From Monocercomonoides exilis PA203 (Eukaryota; Protista; Preaxostyla), in NCBI GenBank assembly GCA_001643675.2, contig LSRY02000005.1, positions 744,001-808,000 on the forward strand: DNA of 64,000 nt, given 5' to 3'. Shown here piece by piece: positions 13,969-24,325 of this stretch (position 1 is its first letter; each line of letters opens with the position of its first letter). The translations under genes were made by a program, and so were the position numbers. Under the pieces are notes generated by a model that worked only from the letters and a program-made list of their open reading frames with translations, searched no databases and had not been told where the DNA came from.

Positions 13969-15639
13969 TCATTCTTCCAATGCCATGCAATCCATATCGT
14001 CTTCCTCGTCTCTGTACCCGTGGCATGTGCCAACATCATCCTTGCTATCTTCATCAGCATCCTCATCATCAAATGATGGGATGCTAATGTCAAACTCGAA
14101 GGTTACCTTGCCATCTTCCAGTGCATAACCATCTTCATCAGTGAAAAACTGCACAGGTTTCATAAAGTCATCCACGGGCAGCAGATTCGAGTCAGCCTTC
14201 TTTGAAAGAGACTCTGGCAGAACAGTCGAAGTGAAATCATAGTTTTCGTTTGGCAGTGCCTGAGTGAATGAGTGCATCGTGACAGGCACAACAGGAGCAC
14301 TAGGCGTGGCTTTCGTTCCAGACGGGATGGCAGGCGGCAGATAGAAGGTGACATGCGTTGCCTGCGCAACAACCTCAGGCGGAGGTCTGTGCGAGAGGAT
14401 GGGCGTGGAGAGGATGCTGTCGCGGTCTTTGCGATCACCGCTGCCTCCTTTTCCTGTGTCGTCATTTGGATCATTGGCTGATTTCTGTTTGTGGCTGATG
14501 CTGTGCTCAGTTCTGCTGGTCTGGCTGCCATTTGCTTTGATAGATCTTTTTTTGCTCTTCATAACAACATCCTTTAATTCAGATAAGGAGTTCTTTTCTT
14601 CCGTTTTTTCTCTTTGATGCTTTTCTGCTCTTTGAATCTTTTTAATTGAATTCATATGTTGAGAAGATAAATCTTGAGACATGCACTCATTTGCCAACTT
14701 TTCTTGCTTGGGATCATCACATTTGAAAGAAGGAGAAGGAACAGTATGAAATGAAATATCAGATAGACAATTTGCAATCGGAGTTCCACCGCATCGAGAT
14801 GCAGCTGCGCTTCTCAGAGTTGTGGTAGAATTTGCTGTAGGCGAAGAAGAGCGCAATGAAGTGGGAGTAAGTGGCGATGAATGATCAGTTGCATTTGGAG
14901 TAATTGATTTATCAGTACCTGACTCTTGATTCAAAGGATTTGTTGGAGAAACAGGTGGAAAAGGAGAAGTTTTTTTCGTAAACGATGAACTGTGAGAAGA
15001 AGAAGAGGAAATAGGTGAAGTGCTGTATATTGGTTTAAGTTTGCGTGGTGGTGTAACTATTGAGCGATCAATAGAATTTTTCGAAAACAATGGATATTGA
15101 AGATCATAAGAAAGTTGAGGAGATATTTCAGGGGCTTTAGTGTACATAAATGTCTGACATCTTTTAAGTTTAGGTGTTGGTCTTGACTGAAAACTTTTTC
15201 GAAGAGGATTTGCAGCTCCAAACTGAGGTTGCTTTTTCGGGCAAACAGTTATTCCTGAACGAGGGGTATCATCACGAGGAATGCAAAGTTCTCGAGACGT
15301 ACGTAATTCGTGAATTGATGCATCCGGATCTGAACTTGATTGATCCGCCCCTGAAAACGGCGAAGGCTTTTGATAACGAAACAGCAAAGATTGTCGATAA
15401 TGGCTGAAAGAATTCTGCTTAAAGTTCTCAACCGTTCGAGTTCTTGTTAATGATGGTTGTAAACCATGAACAGCAGGACGATATGTTAAACATTCACGTT
15501 CCATTCCAAGTTGTCTCAGGAAATAATCATTTGGCTTTTCAAGTCCTTTTGCTCCGGTTTTTTTCCTTGGGCTGCAAGGCTCAAAACACATAGAATTTCT
15601 TAGTTTTGGTACTTTTTCTAAATTGATTGCCTTTGACAT
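13969..15639 (-). CDS. Hypothetical protein, 556 aa, Ser/Pro-rich, no recognisable domain
   Basis: Long uninterrupted ORF with coding-like composition between AT-rich flanks; ends in TGA. Confidence 0.75.
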   Translation of the reverse strand: MSKAINLEKVPKLRNSMCFEPCSPRKKTGAKGLEKPNDYFLRQLGMERECLTYRPAVHGLQPSLTRTRTVENFKQNSFSHYRQSLLFRYQKPSPFSGADQSSSDPDASIHELRTSRELCIPRDDTPRSGITVCPKKQPQFGAANPLRKSFQSRPTPKLKRCQTFMYTKAPEISPQLSYDLQYPLFSKNSIDRSIVTPPRKLKPIYSTSPISSSSSHSSSFTKKTSPFPPVSPTNPLNQESGTDKSITPNATDHSSPLTPTSLRSSSPTANSTTTLRSAAASRCGGTPIANCLSDISFHTVPSPSFKCDDPKQEKLANECMSQDLSSQHMNSIKKIQRAEKHQREKTEEKNSLSELKDVVMKSKKRSIKANGSQTSRTEHSISHKQKSANDPNDDTGKGGSGDRKDRDSILSTPILSHRPPPEVVAQATHVTFYLPPAIPSGTKATPSAPVVPVTMHSFTQALPNENYDFTSTVLPESLSKKADSNLLPVDDFMKPVQFFTDEDGYALEDGKVTFEFDISIPSFDDEDADEDSKDDVGTCHGYRDEEDDMDCMALEE

Positions 15640-15752
15640 CTTATGATATTTCCAACCATAAGACTTCTTTGAAAGTTGAGGTAATGGTTCAAGATTAATT
15701 GAAATAAAAAAGGTAATTTAGATCAAAATTTTGCAAATTATTGACTAAGCTC

Positions 15753-17598
15753 ATGAGTCAGAAAAAAATTGAAGAAAATAAGGAAATAGAAAAAGAGGAA
15801 ATTGATGAGAAAACACAGGCCCAAGAAGTTGAGGAGTTTATAATTGAAAAGAACACTGAAGACTCTGATAATGAAAAAGAGGAAAGTTCCAATGATGATA
15901 GCGAAAAGAATTCCGAAAAAGAAGACGAGGAAGATGAAGATGAAGAAAGAGATATTGTGGACGATTCGTTATTCACTTTCGAACATGAAGGATCCGTTTT
16001 TTGCTGCGATTGGAATCCAAAAGACAAAAGATTGGTTGCAACAGGAGGCGAAGACGAAAAGGTTCGAGTATTTAATGTCATTACAAAAGAGTTGATTCTA
16101 TCAATCCCTGGTTTGCCTTTCCTGATTGATTGTTATTTATTTAAATTCATTTTTTAGAAAAGGGAAAAATTGGAGAATCAATTTCGATTATAAAGTGGTC
16201 GCCAGACGGTAACAAAATAGTCTTTTGCGCGATGAATGGAACAATTCAAGTTTGGGACATCACAAAGAAAACAAAATTAAGCGATCTTGAAGGATCAGAT
16301 TCTGAACTAAGCTTTCTTGAATGGGATTCAACAAGTCGTGGACTTTTTGGAGGAGACGACAGTGGTCTCGCATGGATATGGTCCGCAAGTACTGGAAATT
16401 GCAAGCTTTTGAGCGGTCATGCGGCTCCAGTAACTTGTGGATGCTTCGGGCCTGATGGTACGAAATTTTTGTAAAGAATAGCTTTTAATTTATTCTAAAA
16501 ATTCAACTCTGAATTTTAGGGCAATACGCTCTTACGGGTAGTGAAGATAGAACAATATGCATGTGGAGCATTCGCACAGGAGAAAAAACGGCTTCATTTA
16601 ATGGTATGCTTTTTTGCTCAGTATTTGTATTATTCAATATTGTTATACATATCTAAAACTCCTTTTTCCACTTTCATTTTTTGCAAATTTTTTCAACAGC
16701 CTTCCAGAAATCATCTTCTTCCAAGCCCAAGCAGGCAGATCCGATGGATGCAATCACATGCATTGCCTCTTCTCCTCGTTTTCCTCATCTTATTGCCTTT
16801 GGAAAAGCAAGCGGAGATTTGTGTTTTGCGACATATCCGAATCTAACCTTGTCACAGACCTTTAAGGGACTCTTCAACGATGCAGTGAACATCATTGAAT
16901 TCTGCCGAATGGATACCAGCGCTGCTGCAGGTGAGAAGGAGAAAGGAAGAAAAGACGACTCTCTTTCTCTGATTGCCGTGGCATCGCTCTCCGACTCCGG
17001 GGAGGTGATCCTCATCGAAGCCAAGCAATTCCGGCGGCGCGGGCAGCCGTTGAAGCACCCAGCAGTGGTGACGGCGATGCACTTCCACTCGACGCTCCCT
17101 CTTCTCTTCACAGCCTGCTGCGACGGCATTGTGCGGCTGTGGGATGTCCGCTCAGGGGAGCTGCTGAACTCGTTCACTGGACACTCAGATGCAGTGCTCT
17201 GCCTCTCTGTCTGTGAGAACATCCCAAGAGAGCTGTGCGAGGAAGGTGCAGCGAAGGAGAAGGAGCTCCAGGAGAAAGAAGAGAAGGAATTGAAAGAGAT
17301 GAAGGAGGCAGCAGGAGCAGCAGCTGAAGGAGAAGATGCAGAAGCACCAAGCTCTTCATCTGTTCCATCTTCATCATCGGATTCATCATCGACTTCTCCT
17401 TCTTCAGCCTCAGCCTCTACTTCTTCCTCTGCTTCTCCATCATCTTTGCCTTCAGCAATTGCACAAAAACTCGTCTCATCCCAGTTTTCACAAGTATTAA
17501 ATGGATTTGGCTTCATCAGCGGATCTGATGATGGCACAGCTAAGCTGTTTGTAATGGGAGAGGAAGAAGAAGAAGAAGATGCTTCGACTAAGAAATAA
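15753..17598 (+). CDS. AAMP: WD40 protein, AAMP/Sqt1-like (uL16 ribosomal protein chaperone), 4 exons
   Basis: Acidic N-terminus, then DDSLFTFEHEGSVFCCDWNP...VATGGEDEKV, LSGHAAPVTCGCFGPDG, TACCDGIVRLWD, FTGHSDAVL, ISGSDDGTAKLF. Introns start near 16111, 16458 and 16604. Confidence 0.8.
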
Positions 17599-17841
17599 GT
17601 GCAATACATTTTTTTTTTTAAAATACAGATTAAGTGATTAAGTTATAATGGTTATTGTTAGGTTGACACAGCATATTGCTGTGCTTATAGAATTAAATAT
17701 CAAAATTAGTAATTCATTTCATCACCACTCACATTCAATTTTTTTATAAGAACAGGGAAAATAAAAACCGAAGTAAATTCTAATGATATACAACAAAAAC
17801 TCTCATGTTTTCTGTTCTGTCAAAGTTTCATACAAACGCAG

Positions 17842-19071
17842 TCAATTTGCATGGGCGTGCTGTCTCACTTTCATCTCATCCTTTTCAACACATTTATTCT
17901 CCCATCTGTCAAACCAGAACTGCAAATACTTTACAAGCATCTCTTCATCAAAAGTCCACTTTGTATCAAACACCCCAAACATCCCCAAATGTGCACCTCC
18001 AGGTGAAACAATCGCTGCTACATTATCTCCTGCAGCTTCAATTTCCTTCTTTGGGAATGCTTTGTAGATGGATGCTGGATCGTTTTTTGTTGAAATGAAT
18101 AGCATTGGCACTTCAATCCCATCGAGATAGTGGCAGCTTGAGCTTTCATCATACATTGTGTCAGTATCAGGGAAGCCAAAGGTGTGAATTGTGAAGTAGT
18201 GATCAACAGCTGTTGAAGTGCGAAATGGCTGCTGAAGAAATTCCTTATAACGTGGACTTTCTGTTACGATTTTGCCTTGTTTTTGCAAAAGATGGAACAT
18301 TCGCGATCCAACAGGAGTCAGATGCCTTGGATGGACCAAATGGTCAACTGCTTTGAGATTAAACGGACAACAGATCGCAGCAGCACATAAAACATTTGGT
18401 GGAATAGGCTCTCCGGAAAGCAGATGAGCTGGCTTTCGTGATTGAATAAACTGACTTTTTCTTTCTCCCAAATACTTGGCAACAACATTTCCTCCCATTG
18501 AATAGCCAACAAGAGCTATTGGAGCATCTGGATATCTGGACTGTATTTCTTTCAATGCAATGTGCAAGTCATCTGTATATCCAGCGTAATAAGTTGTAGG
18601 AGTGGTTATTGTTGTTCCACAGCAAGATCTGAATATTACGCAAACTGCCCTCCAGCCAAGCTTGCGAACACACCTCAACGCGAATCTCTGAAGAGGTGGT
18701 TCACTGCTTCCTCCATTAATTCCATGTGAAAATATTACTATTGGAGCATTTTCTGGAAGATCTGTTTTATCTTTTGTTTGAAACCAATCAATGGCAAACT
18801 CGCCACCATCTGATCCAATAAGAACCTCTCTTTGTGGTCTGCTTTTATCTTTGTTACATTTGTAAGAAGCACCAGTATTTATGGCAGCTGATATGCCATA
18901 TTTCCAATGGGCAAAATAAAACATTGGCTTGCTTTGATTTGAAAGAAAGACCAGTGGCTTTCGTCCTTTTCCGACAAGGAGAATTCTTCCAGAATTACGA
19001 GCCCATGCAAATAGCCAAACAAACAAAACTATCAACCCGCACACAACGAAAGCTTTTGATAAATTGTTCAT
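17842..19071 (-). CDS. Alpha/beta-hydrolase of the ABHD1-3/YheT/Eht1 family with N-terminal membrane anchor, intronless
   Basis: DGGEFAIDW, HGINGGSSE, GYSMGG nucleophile elbow, KNDP Asp, GGAHLG His. Likely ATG at 19071 (MNNLSKAF), followed by a hydrophobic helix. Confidence 0.9.
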   Translation of the reverse strand: MNNLSKAFVVCGLIVLFVWLFAWARNSGRILLVGKGRKPLVFLSNQSKPMFYFAHWKYGISAAINTGASYKCNKDKSRPQREVLIGSDGGEFAIDWFQTKDKTDLPENAPIVIFSHGINGGSSEPPLQRFALRCVRKLGWRAVCVIFRSCCGTTITTPTTYYAGYTDDLHIALKEIQSRYPDAPIALVGYSMGGNVVAKYLGERKSQFIQSRKPAHLLSGEPIPPNVLCAAAICCPFNLKAVDHLVHPRHLTPVGSRMFHLLQKQGKIVTESPRYKEFLQQPFRTSTAVDHYFTIHTFGFPDTDTMYDESSSCHYLDGIEVPMLFISTKNDPASIYKAFPKKEIEAAGDNVAAIVSPGGAHLGMFGVFDTKWTFDEEMLVKYLQFWFDRWENKCVEKDEMKVRQHAHAN

Positions 19072-19436
19072 TAGAAAGATTAAAATAACAAGTATACTTC
19101 TCCAAAAAGAAAATCGAAAACAATTTCTCAATTTTTTTTCTTCACAAATTTTCATGCATTTCAAAGCATGCATTAATGAAATTCTAGAGTTGTTTTTTAT
19201 TTAAAAAGATAGTTTCCTTTTCACTTTCGAAAATGATAATTATTTTTTTTTCTAACAAAATAAATCCATTTTTCAATATTTCCATTCAGATGAAATTTTT
19301 AAATATAAAAGATATATTTGTAATTTTTTTATAGGTGTGTTTATCCCCTTGAAAATCATCACACTGCATTTTCTTTTCTCCAAAACGCGAAGTGAATTTT
19401 GAAATTAAAATTTGAAAAAATAATGCTCACGGACAT

Positions 19437-19820
19437 TTATTGCTTCTTCACCTTTTTCTGTTTCGAATTACTTTCTTTTTCTTGCTCTTTATCTTTATCA
19501 ATAAACAATGCATAAATGATATAGGCGATAAGAAACAGATTTACAATTCCGATCGTACAAAAAGCAGCATATTTAATGCTCGTATCTTTATCAAATTCTT
19601 TGTTTTAAAGCAATTACAAAAATATTTCAATTAATAAATATAATTTCAAAATATCAAGAAAAAATAATATACTTTTTAAAAAGAAGCTCTTGGAAATGAA
19701 GTAAGTTGCAAATGAGCTGATAAACATAATTATGGAGTAAATAATAAAACTTTTAAGAGATGACTGTTCTTCATTGTCAATAACTCTTGGTCGCTTTTCG
19801 GAATCTGAAGGAGATGACAT
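19437..19820 (-). CDS. VMA21: V-ATPase assembly factor VMA21, 2 exons
   Basis: Exon 19820-19673, intron 19672-19598, exon 19597-19437 give ~102 aa with two TM helices (SLKSFIIYSIIMFISSFATYFISKSFF; YAAFCTIGIVNLFLIAYIIYALF) and a C-terminal KVKKQ (KxKxx ER-retrieval) motif. Confidence 0.8.
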
Positions 19821-19916
19821 TAATATAATTAGTTGATGGGCAAGATCATAATTCTCGAAGTTGGAATATTGTTTAAAAATGTGATAATATTTAAGACAAA
19901 TCCAAAAAAGCTGATT

Positions 19917-22900
19917 TCATCTTTTTGTTTGCTTTATGAATCTCATATTTGACAATTGCCTGAATTTTGCCAGTGACTCAGAAACGTAAAAAGTTACATC
20001 ATTCACTGATCGAGAAGAAGTATCAACCACAAGATGGGAGATAGACTGAAAGAATGGGTCACAATTGTGAAGAATTTGATCGAGCATTCGCCTTGACGAT
20101 GGAGAACTCGAAATCATATGTCTATGAAGAGATGGAATGGTCGGGAAACTCAACATTGATGAAGATGAAGCTTGAATATCCTTCTCGTTTTTCGAATTCT
20201 CAGTTTTCTCAACATCTTTCTCTTGTTTTTCCTCATTCATCTGCAACTGCATTCTTTTCATCAAGCTTTCTCTCTCTCCCTTCAAATACACCACAGAGGC
20301 TTCAAACGGCTGCGGCATCAGCCCAATCATCGCTTCTCTCCCAACAGATGGCAGTTCTGCCGGAAACTCAGCAACACAACGCAGCTCTCCTTTCACAACA
20401 GAACTGATCACACTCTTCACATCATCACTCAGCGCACGAATGAGCCCGCCTTCGCCTGCTGCGAGTCGGATGGCGCTGATGGGATGCCCCATCCGCTGCT
20501 CTGTCAGCGACGCCACACACAAAAAGGGCAATCCCAATCTCGCTGCAAGTTGCTTCCCAACAGCCGTCTTGCCAACAAAAGGTGGGCCAACTAAGATGAC
20601 AGACGGATGAGTTGATGAGGCGTCATCGGGAAGAGAGAGAAAAGAAGGATTAGAAGAATATGAAGAAGAAGATGATGATGGCTGTGAACCAGAAAGAGAT
20701 GAAGGACGAGAACTAAATGAAAATGAAGGAGCCGAAGACGATGAATTGAAATTGCCTTCTTCCTTTGCGAACTTTCCACTCCCAGGCAACGTTGGAAGAG
20801 GAGCATTTGCAGGGCGATTTGAAATGTATGCGATTGGGTGCGGTGCAAGTGCTGCTCTTTGTGGTGAGGCAACAGGTGTGGATGACACAGAAGAAGTGGA
20901 TTGCTTCTGTGACTTTCCAAAAAACGATGGCAGACTTCTTGTTCCGCCTGCTCTTCCCTCTTCTTCTTCCTCAGCAGCTCTTCTTGTCTGCCTCGATGGC
21001 TGCTGCTGCTGTTGCTGCTGAGCGTCGTTTCTGTTCAGCAAACCAAAAGGAAAGTTGGCAATCGCAGCGACTTCGACAGGAATGCCAAGCACAGCTGCCA
21101 TCTGAGGCACAGCAGCCGACTGCTTCAGCCCCAGGAAGATTGCCAGCGCAGAGACACACGACAGCACCAGCCCAACCGCCAATGCTTTCAGGCCGAACGC
21201 ACCAAACATCACTTTTCCCAGGACAGAGCCAGCGCCAAAGGTAACAAGACCTCCAACAGTTGCAGCAAATGCCCTGAGTGAGAGAGACAGCCTGCGCGCA
21301 AAGCGATACACTGCGGTTCGTTTGGGCTCCATGTGCTGCATCATCTTCCGTCTTCGGAGAGAAACAGAAGAAGAAGATGATGATGAGGAGGACTTTGGCT
21401 GTTTGGAAGATAAGTCATTTGACATCATCTGCTGAGAAGAAGAAGAGTCTTCTCCAATCAAACTGTCAAGCATTTGAAGGCGCTGTGGATCTGATTGTGT
21501 TCTCAGGAAAGGAATCGAATGAAGATCATCAATGCATTCAAAAGCGACAGTCCATAGCTCATTCGCCCAGGGTGAGTCAAACAGCTCATTGAGCCGTGGA
21601 ATGGAAATGGCAAGCAACGACGGCTCTGACAAAGAAGAGCTGTCATCAAATGTTGTTGTGTTTGAATGAGTCTTAGATGGTTTCTGTGTTGTTTGCTGTT
21701 CATCTGAGTCTTGTGAAATGACATGCGGCAGACTAACAGCTTGGGAAAGGTGATGTGAGTGATGCGATGGTTGTGTGATTTTGAATGGCTGGATAACAGT
21801 TGAATCCTTTTCAGCGTTAGAAACACCTTTTGTGTATTTTTCATTCACAGAATCAGATGTTTGTCTAACCGATGCCATTGGCTCAAGAGGCTCGCGAAGC
21901 TGAGAAGGCTCAGAGATTGAATGTGAAATAAAGTTTGTTAAAGACTTTTCAGACGAATCCTGAAGTTCAACCATTTCCACTTGTGAAAACTCAATTTGAC
22001 TTGAAAATGAAGGTGACGAAGACATTGATAAAATAGAAGAGGAAGAGGAGGGAGAAGAAGAAAAAGAGTTTTGCAGAGTCGACGAATATGAGTTTCGCAA
22101 CGGAGCACTCAATAAATTGCTATCACTTCGATCAACAGCAGCAGGAAGTCTGGTGTTACAGAGTTTCAATGCTTCCTCGACTGAAATGCTTCGTGGAAGA
22201 AAAGGATTCGAATGCTCCACCATCACAAAGCCAAGCTGAACAGGCGGAACAATAATTGGTACGTGCTTGCGCCTTGTCACATTCAGAAGCAATCTCCATT
22301 GCTTTGATGGTAAAGTCGGAGTGCTATTTGGAGAAGCGGTGGTTGAAGCATTTTGAGTCAACGTCTGAGATGCAGAGGAAGAAGCGGAAGCTGATTTTTC
22401 TTGGGGCTCTGTGGATTCTTCAATCCATTTCAAATGTATCTTCACATTGATTCCTTCGTTCAGTCCGCCAACATCTGAATCATTCCATATTCTCCGAGTG
22501 TTGCTTGATTGCTGCAAAGCCTTTTTATTTTTCTTTGCTGAGCTTCCGAAGTCTTCATTCGAATCACTCGAATTGATTGGTAGGTGATAGCGATGGCCCA
22601 ACCAGTTCCAGCGCTTAATCATATACTGCACATCTTCCTCACATCGCCTTCTCCGCTCTTCAAACTGAGACGAGCAGCCACCTGGAATGCAGGCACACCC
22701 AGCATGCGTGAACACAACCATCGTGTTGGTACGCAGAATCCTCCCACCAAGAAGGAGAAGGAGAAGTGAAATGTGGTCGAGGAATAAGTTGTTGGCTATT
22801 TGAGTTGAAATGTGCAGAGCGGAAAGAAGCTGAGGTTTTGAGATGATTGTTGGTTGTGGAAGGAGAATAGATGAAGAAGACATTGGTGATAATGAACTTG

Positions 22901-23738
22901 TTGTGGAGGAGGAGGATGGAGAAGAAGAAATAGAAGCATCATCAGCAGAACATTGTGTTGATTGCAAATTCAGTTTTGATGTTGAAGAAGTGGCTGAAGA
23001 TGTGACATTTCCTCGATTTTGTGGTTGAAAGTTCGCCATTCTGTTCATCAGAAGGCGCCAGTGAGTTCCCATTAATTCAGAGACATAAAGAACAAGATGA
23101 AACGGGCCATTTGATCTTTCTCCTTCAAGAAGAGTGCGCTTATCAGACTCAGTTACAATATCGCGATGAACAAGTGGTTTCCACCCTGTTGATTCCTTTT
23201 CTTGCTCTGCTGCTTGCTTCATTTCAATTTGTCTTTTAATGAAATCCGTGAATGGAATTGGCAATTCGATAAATAATCGTTTACAAGCATCTCGAATTTC
23301 AGAGAGCCATTTGCTCGCAGAAGTGTTTTCTGTGAAGATTGTGGAATCCTCAGAGTTCAAAGAGAGAGAAAAAATTGGATCATCTGGTCGTAAAAGGGAT
23401 TCTTTTGGCACAGTTGCTTCAACAACACGAATAACAACGTCCCTGAGAATTATGCGGTAAACGCTAACATGTTGTGAAATCTTGAAAGAAACATGAGTTT
23501 CATCTGAATTGAAAACGCCATTTGATAAACTTGTTTCGTAACTTGGAATGGGTGCAAAGTACCGCTCCCAATTTTCAGCACTTGTTCCTAATGATGAACT
23601 TGCAATCCAGTCAGAAGGTATTCCAAGAAGAGAAGCAATTGTAAGTGATTTTCCGCATTGAGGAGTTCCTAAAACAAATATATTGATTCCAGCTATTCCC
23701 ATTTCTGAGAATTCCTTTACAAGCTTATCCTGCGCCAT
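19917..23738 (-). CDS. 1273-aa fusion: N-terminal Toc34/AIG1-like P-loop GTPase-like domain, hydrophobic TM segments, C-terminal shikimate-kinase-like domain
   Basis: INIFVLGTPQCGKSLTIASLLG, HLVLYVSEL, TMVVFTHAG, GFVMVEHS, PWANELW; hydrophobic block at ~21270-21035; VILVGPPFVGKTAVGKQLAARLGLPF...GEGG...VVYLKG...DPFFQSISHLVVDTSSRS. Confidence 0.7.
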   Translation of the reverse strand: MAQDKLVKEFSEMGIAGINIFVLGTPQCGKSLTIASLLGIPSDWIASSSLGTSAENWERYFAPIPSYETSLSNGVFNSDETHVSFKISQHVSVYRIILRDVVIRVVEATVPKESLLRPDDPIFSLSLNSEDSTIFTENTSASKWLSEIRDACKRLFIELPIPFTDFIKRQIEMKQAAEQEKESTGWKPLVHRDIVTESDKRTLLEGERSNGPFHLVLYVSELMGTHWRLLMNRMANFQPQNRGNVTSSATSSTSKLNLQSTQCSADDASISSSPSSSSTTSSLSPMSSSSILLPQPTIISKPQLLSALHISTQIANNLFLDHISLLLLLLGGRILRTNTMVVFTHAGCACIPGGCSSQFEERRRRCEEDVQYMIKRWNWLGHRYHLPINSSDSNEDFGSSAKKNKKALQQSSNTRRIWNDSDVGGLNEGINVKIHLKWIEESTEPQEKSASASSSASQTLTQNASTTASPNSTPTLPSKQWRLLLNVTRRKHVPIIVPPVQLGFVMVEHSNPFLPRSISVEEALKLCNTRLPAAVDRSDSNLLSAPLRNSYSSTLQNSFSSSPSSSSSILSMSSSPSFSSQIEFSQVEMVELQDSSEKSLTNFISHSISEPSQLREPLEPMASVRQTSDSVNEKYTKGVSNAEKDSTVIQPFKITQPSHHSHHLSQAVSLPHVISQDSDEQQTTQKPSKTHSNTTTFDDSSSLSEPSLLAISIPRLNELFDSPWANELWTVAFECIDDLHSIPFLRTQSDPQRLQMLDSLIGEDSSSSQQMMSNDLSSKQPKSSSSSSSSSVSLRRRKMMQHMEPKRTAVYRFARRLSLSLRAFAATVGGLVTFGAGSVLGKVMFGAFGLKALAVGLVLSCVSALAIFLGLKQSAAVPQMAAVLGIPVEVAAIANFPFGLLNRNDAQQQQQQQPSRQTRRAAEEEEEGRAGGTRSLPSFFGKSQKQSTSSVSSTPVASPQRAALAPHPIAYISNRPANAPLPTLPGSGKFAKEEGNFNSSSSAPSFSFSSRPSSLSGSQPSSSSSSYSSNPSFLSLPDDASSTHPSVILVGPPFVGKTAVGKQLAARLGLPFLCVASLTEQRMGHPISAIRLAAGEGGLIRALSDDVKSVISSVVKGELRCVAEFPAELPSVGREAMIGLMPQPFEASVVYLKGERESLMKRMQLQMNEEKQEKDVEKTENSKNEKDIQASSSSMLSFPTIPSLHRHMISSSPSSRRMLDQILHNCDPFFQSISHLVVDTSSRSVNDVTFYVSESLAKFRQLSNMRFIKQTKR

Positions 23739-24325
23739 TGTATTTATTTCACCTTATATTTCACAGTTTAAACAAAAATAAGTTCAAAATTAACGAAACA
23801 ATTCATTAAAACGAAAATACTTTGTTCGGTCGAATTAATTCGATAAACATTTGCTAATTGAGAATCTTGTGTGATAATACACCAGTCTTTATCAGCATTC
23901 TCTGAATTTTCATTTTCTTCCATCTATTTTCAGAGAAATCAAAAATTTACTAAGTCAGAAAAAGATAATGCCCATATCAAAAATATGAAAATTCAAAAAA
24001 CAAATTATTCAATTATATTGAACATATTAAAACTTGAAAAAGAATATGTTTTTGAGAACAAGAAAAAATAAAAAATTGATAAAGGGCACTGAAATAAAAA
24101 AATATTTCAGGTATTCTTGAGTTTTCATGAGTTTATTTGTTTTTATCTTTAATGTTTCGGAGAAATTAATAAAATGAAATTTGATTTTGATGGGTGCAAA
24201 TGCTTTTTAGAAAAGAAATATTTCATGATGTCATTTTTTTAATTACTTTATCTTTTCCTAAATATTATACAATATAAAATGGAAAATAGAAGAACCACAT
24301 AGTCACACTTCCATATCTGACATAT

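Noticed and set aside
24279-24302. Upstream ATG before GPC1 (MENRRTT*)
   Set aside because: Seven-codon ORF; cannot tell whether it lies within the transcript.
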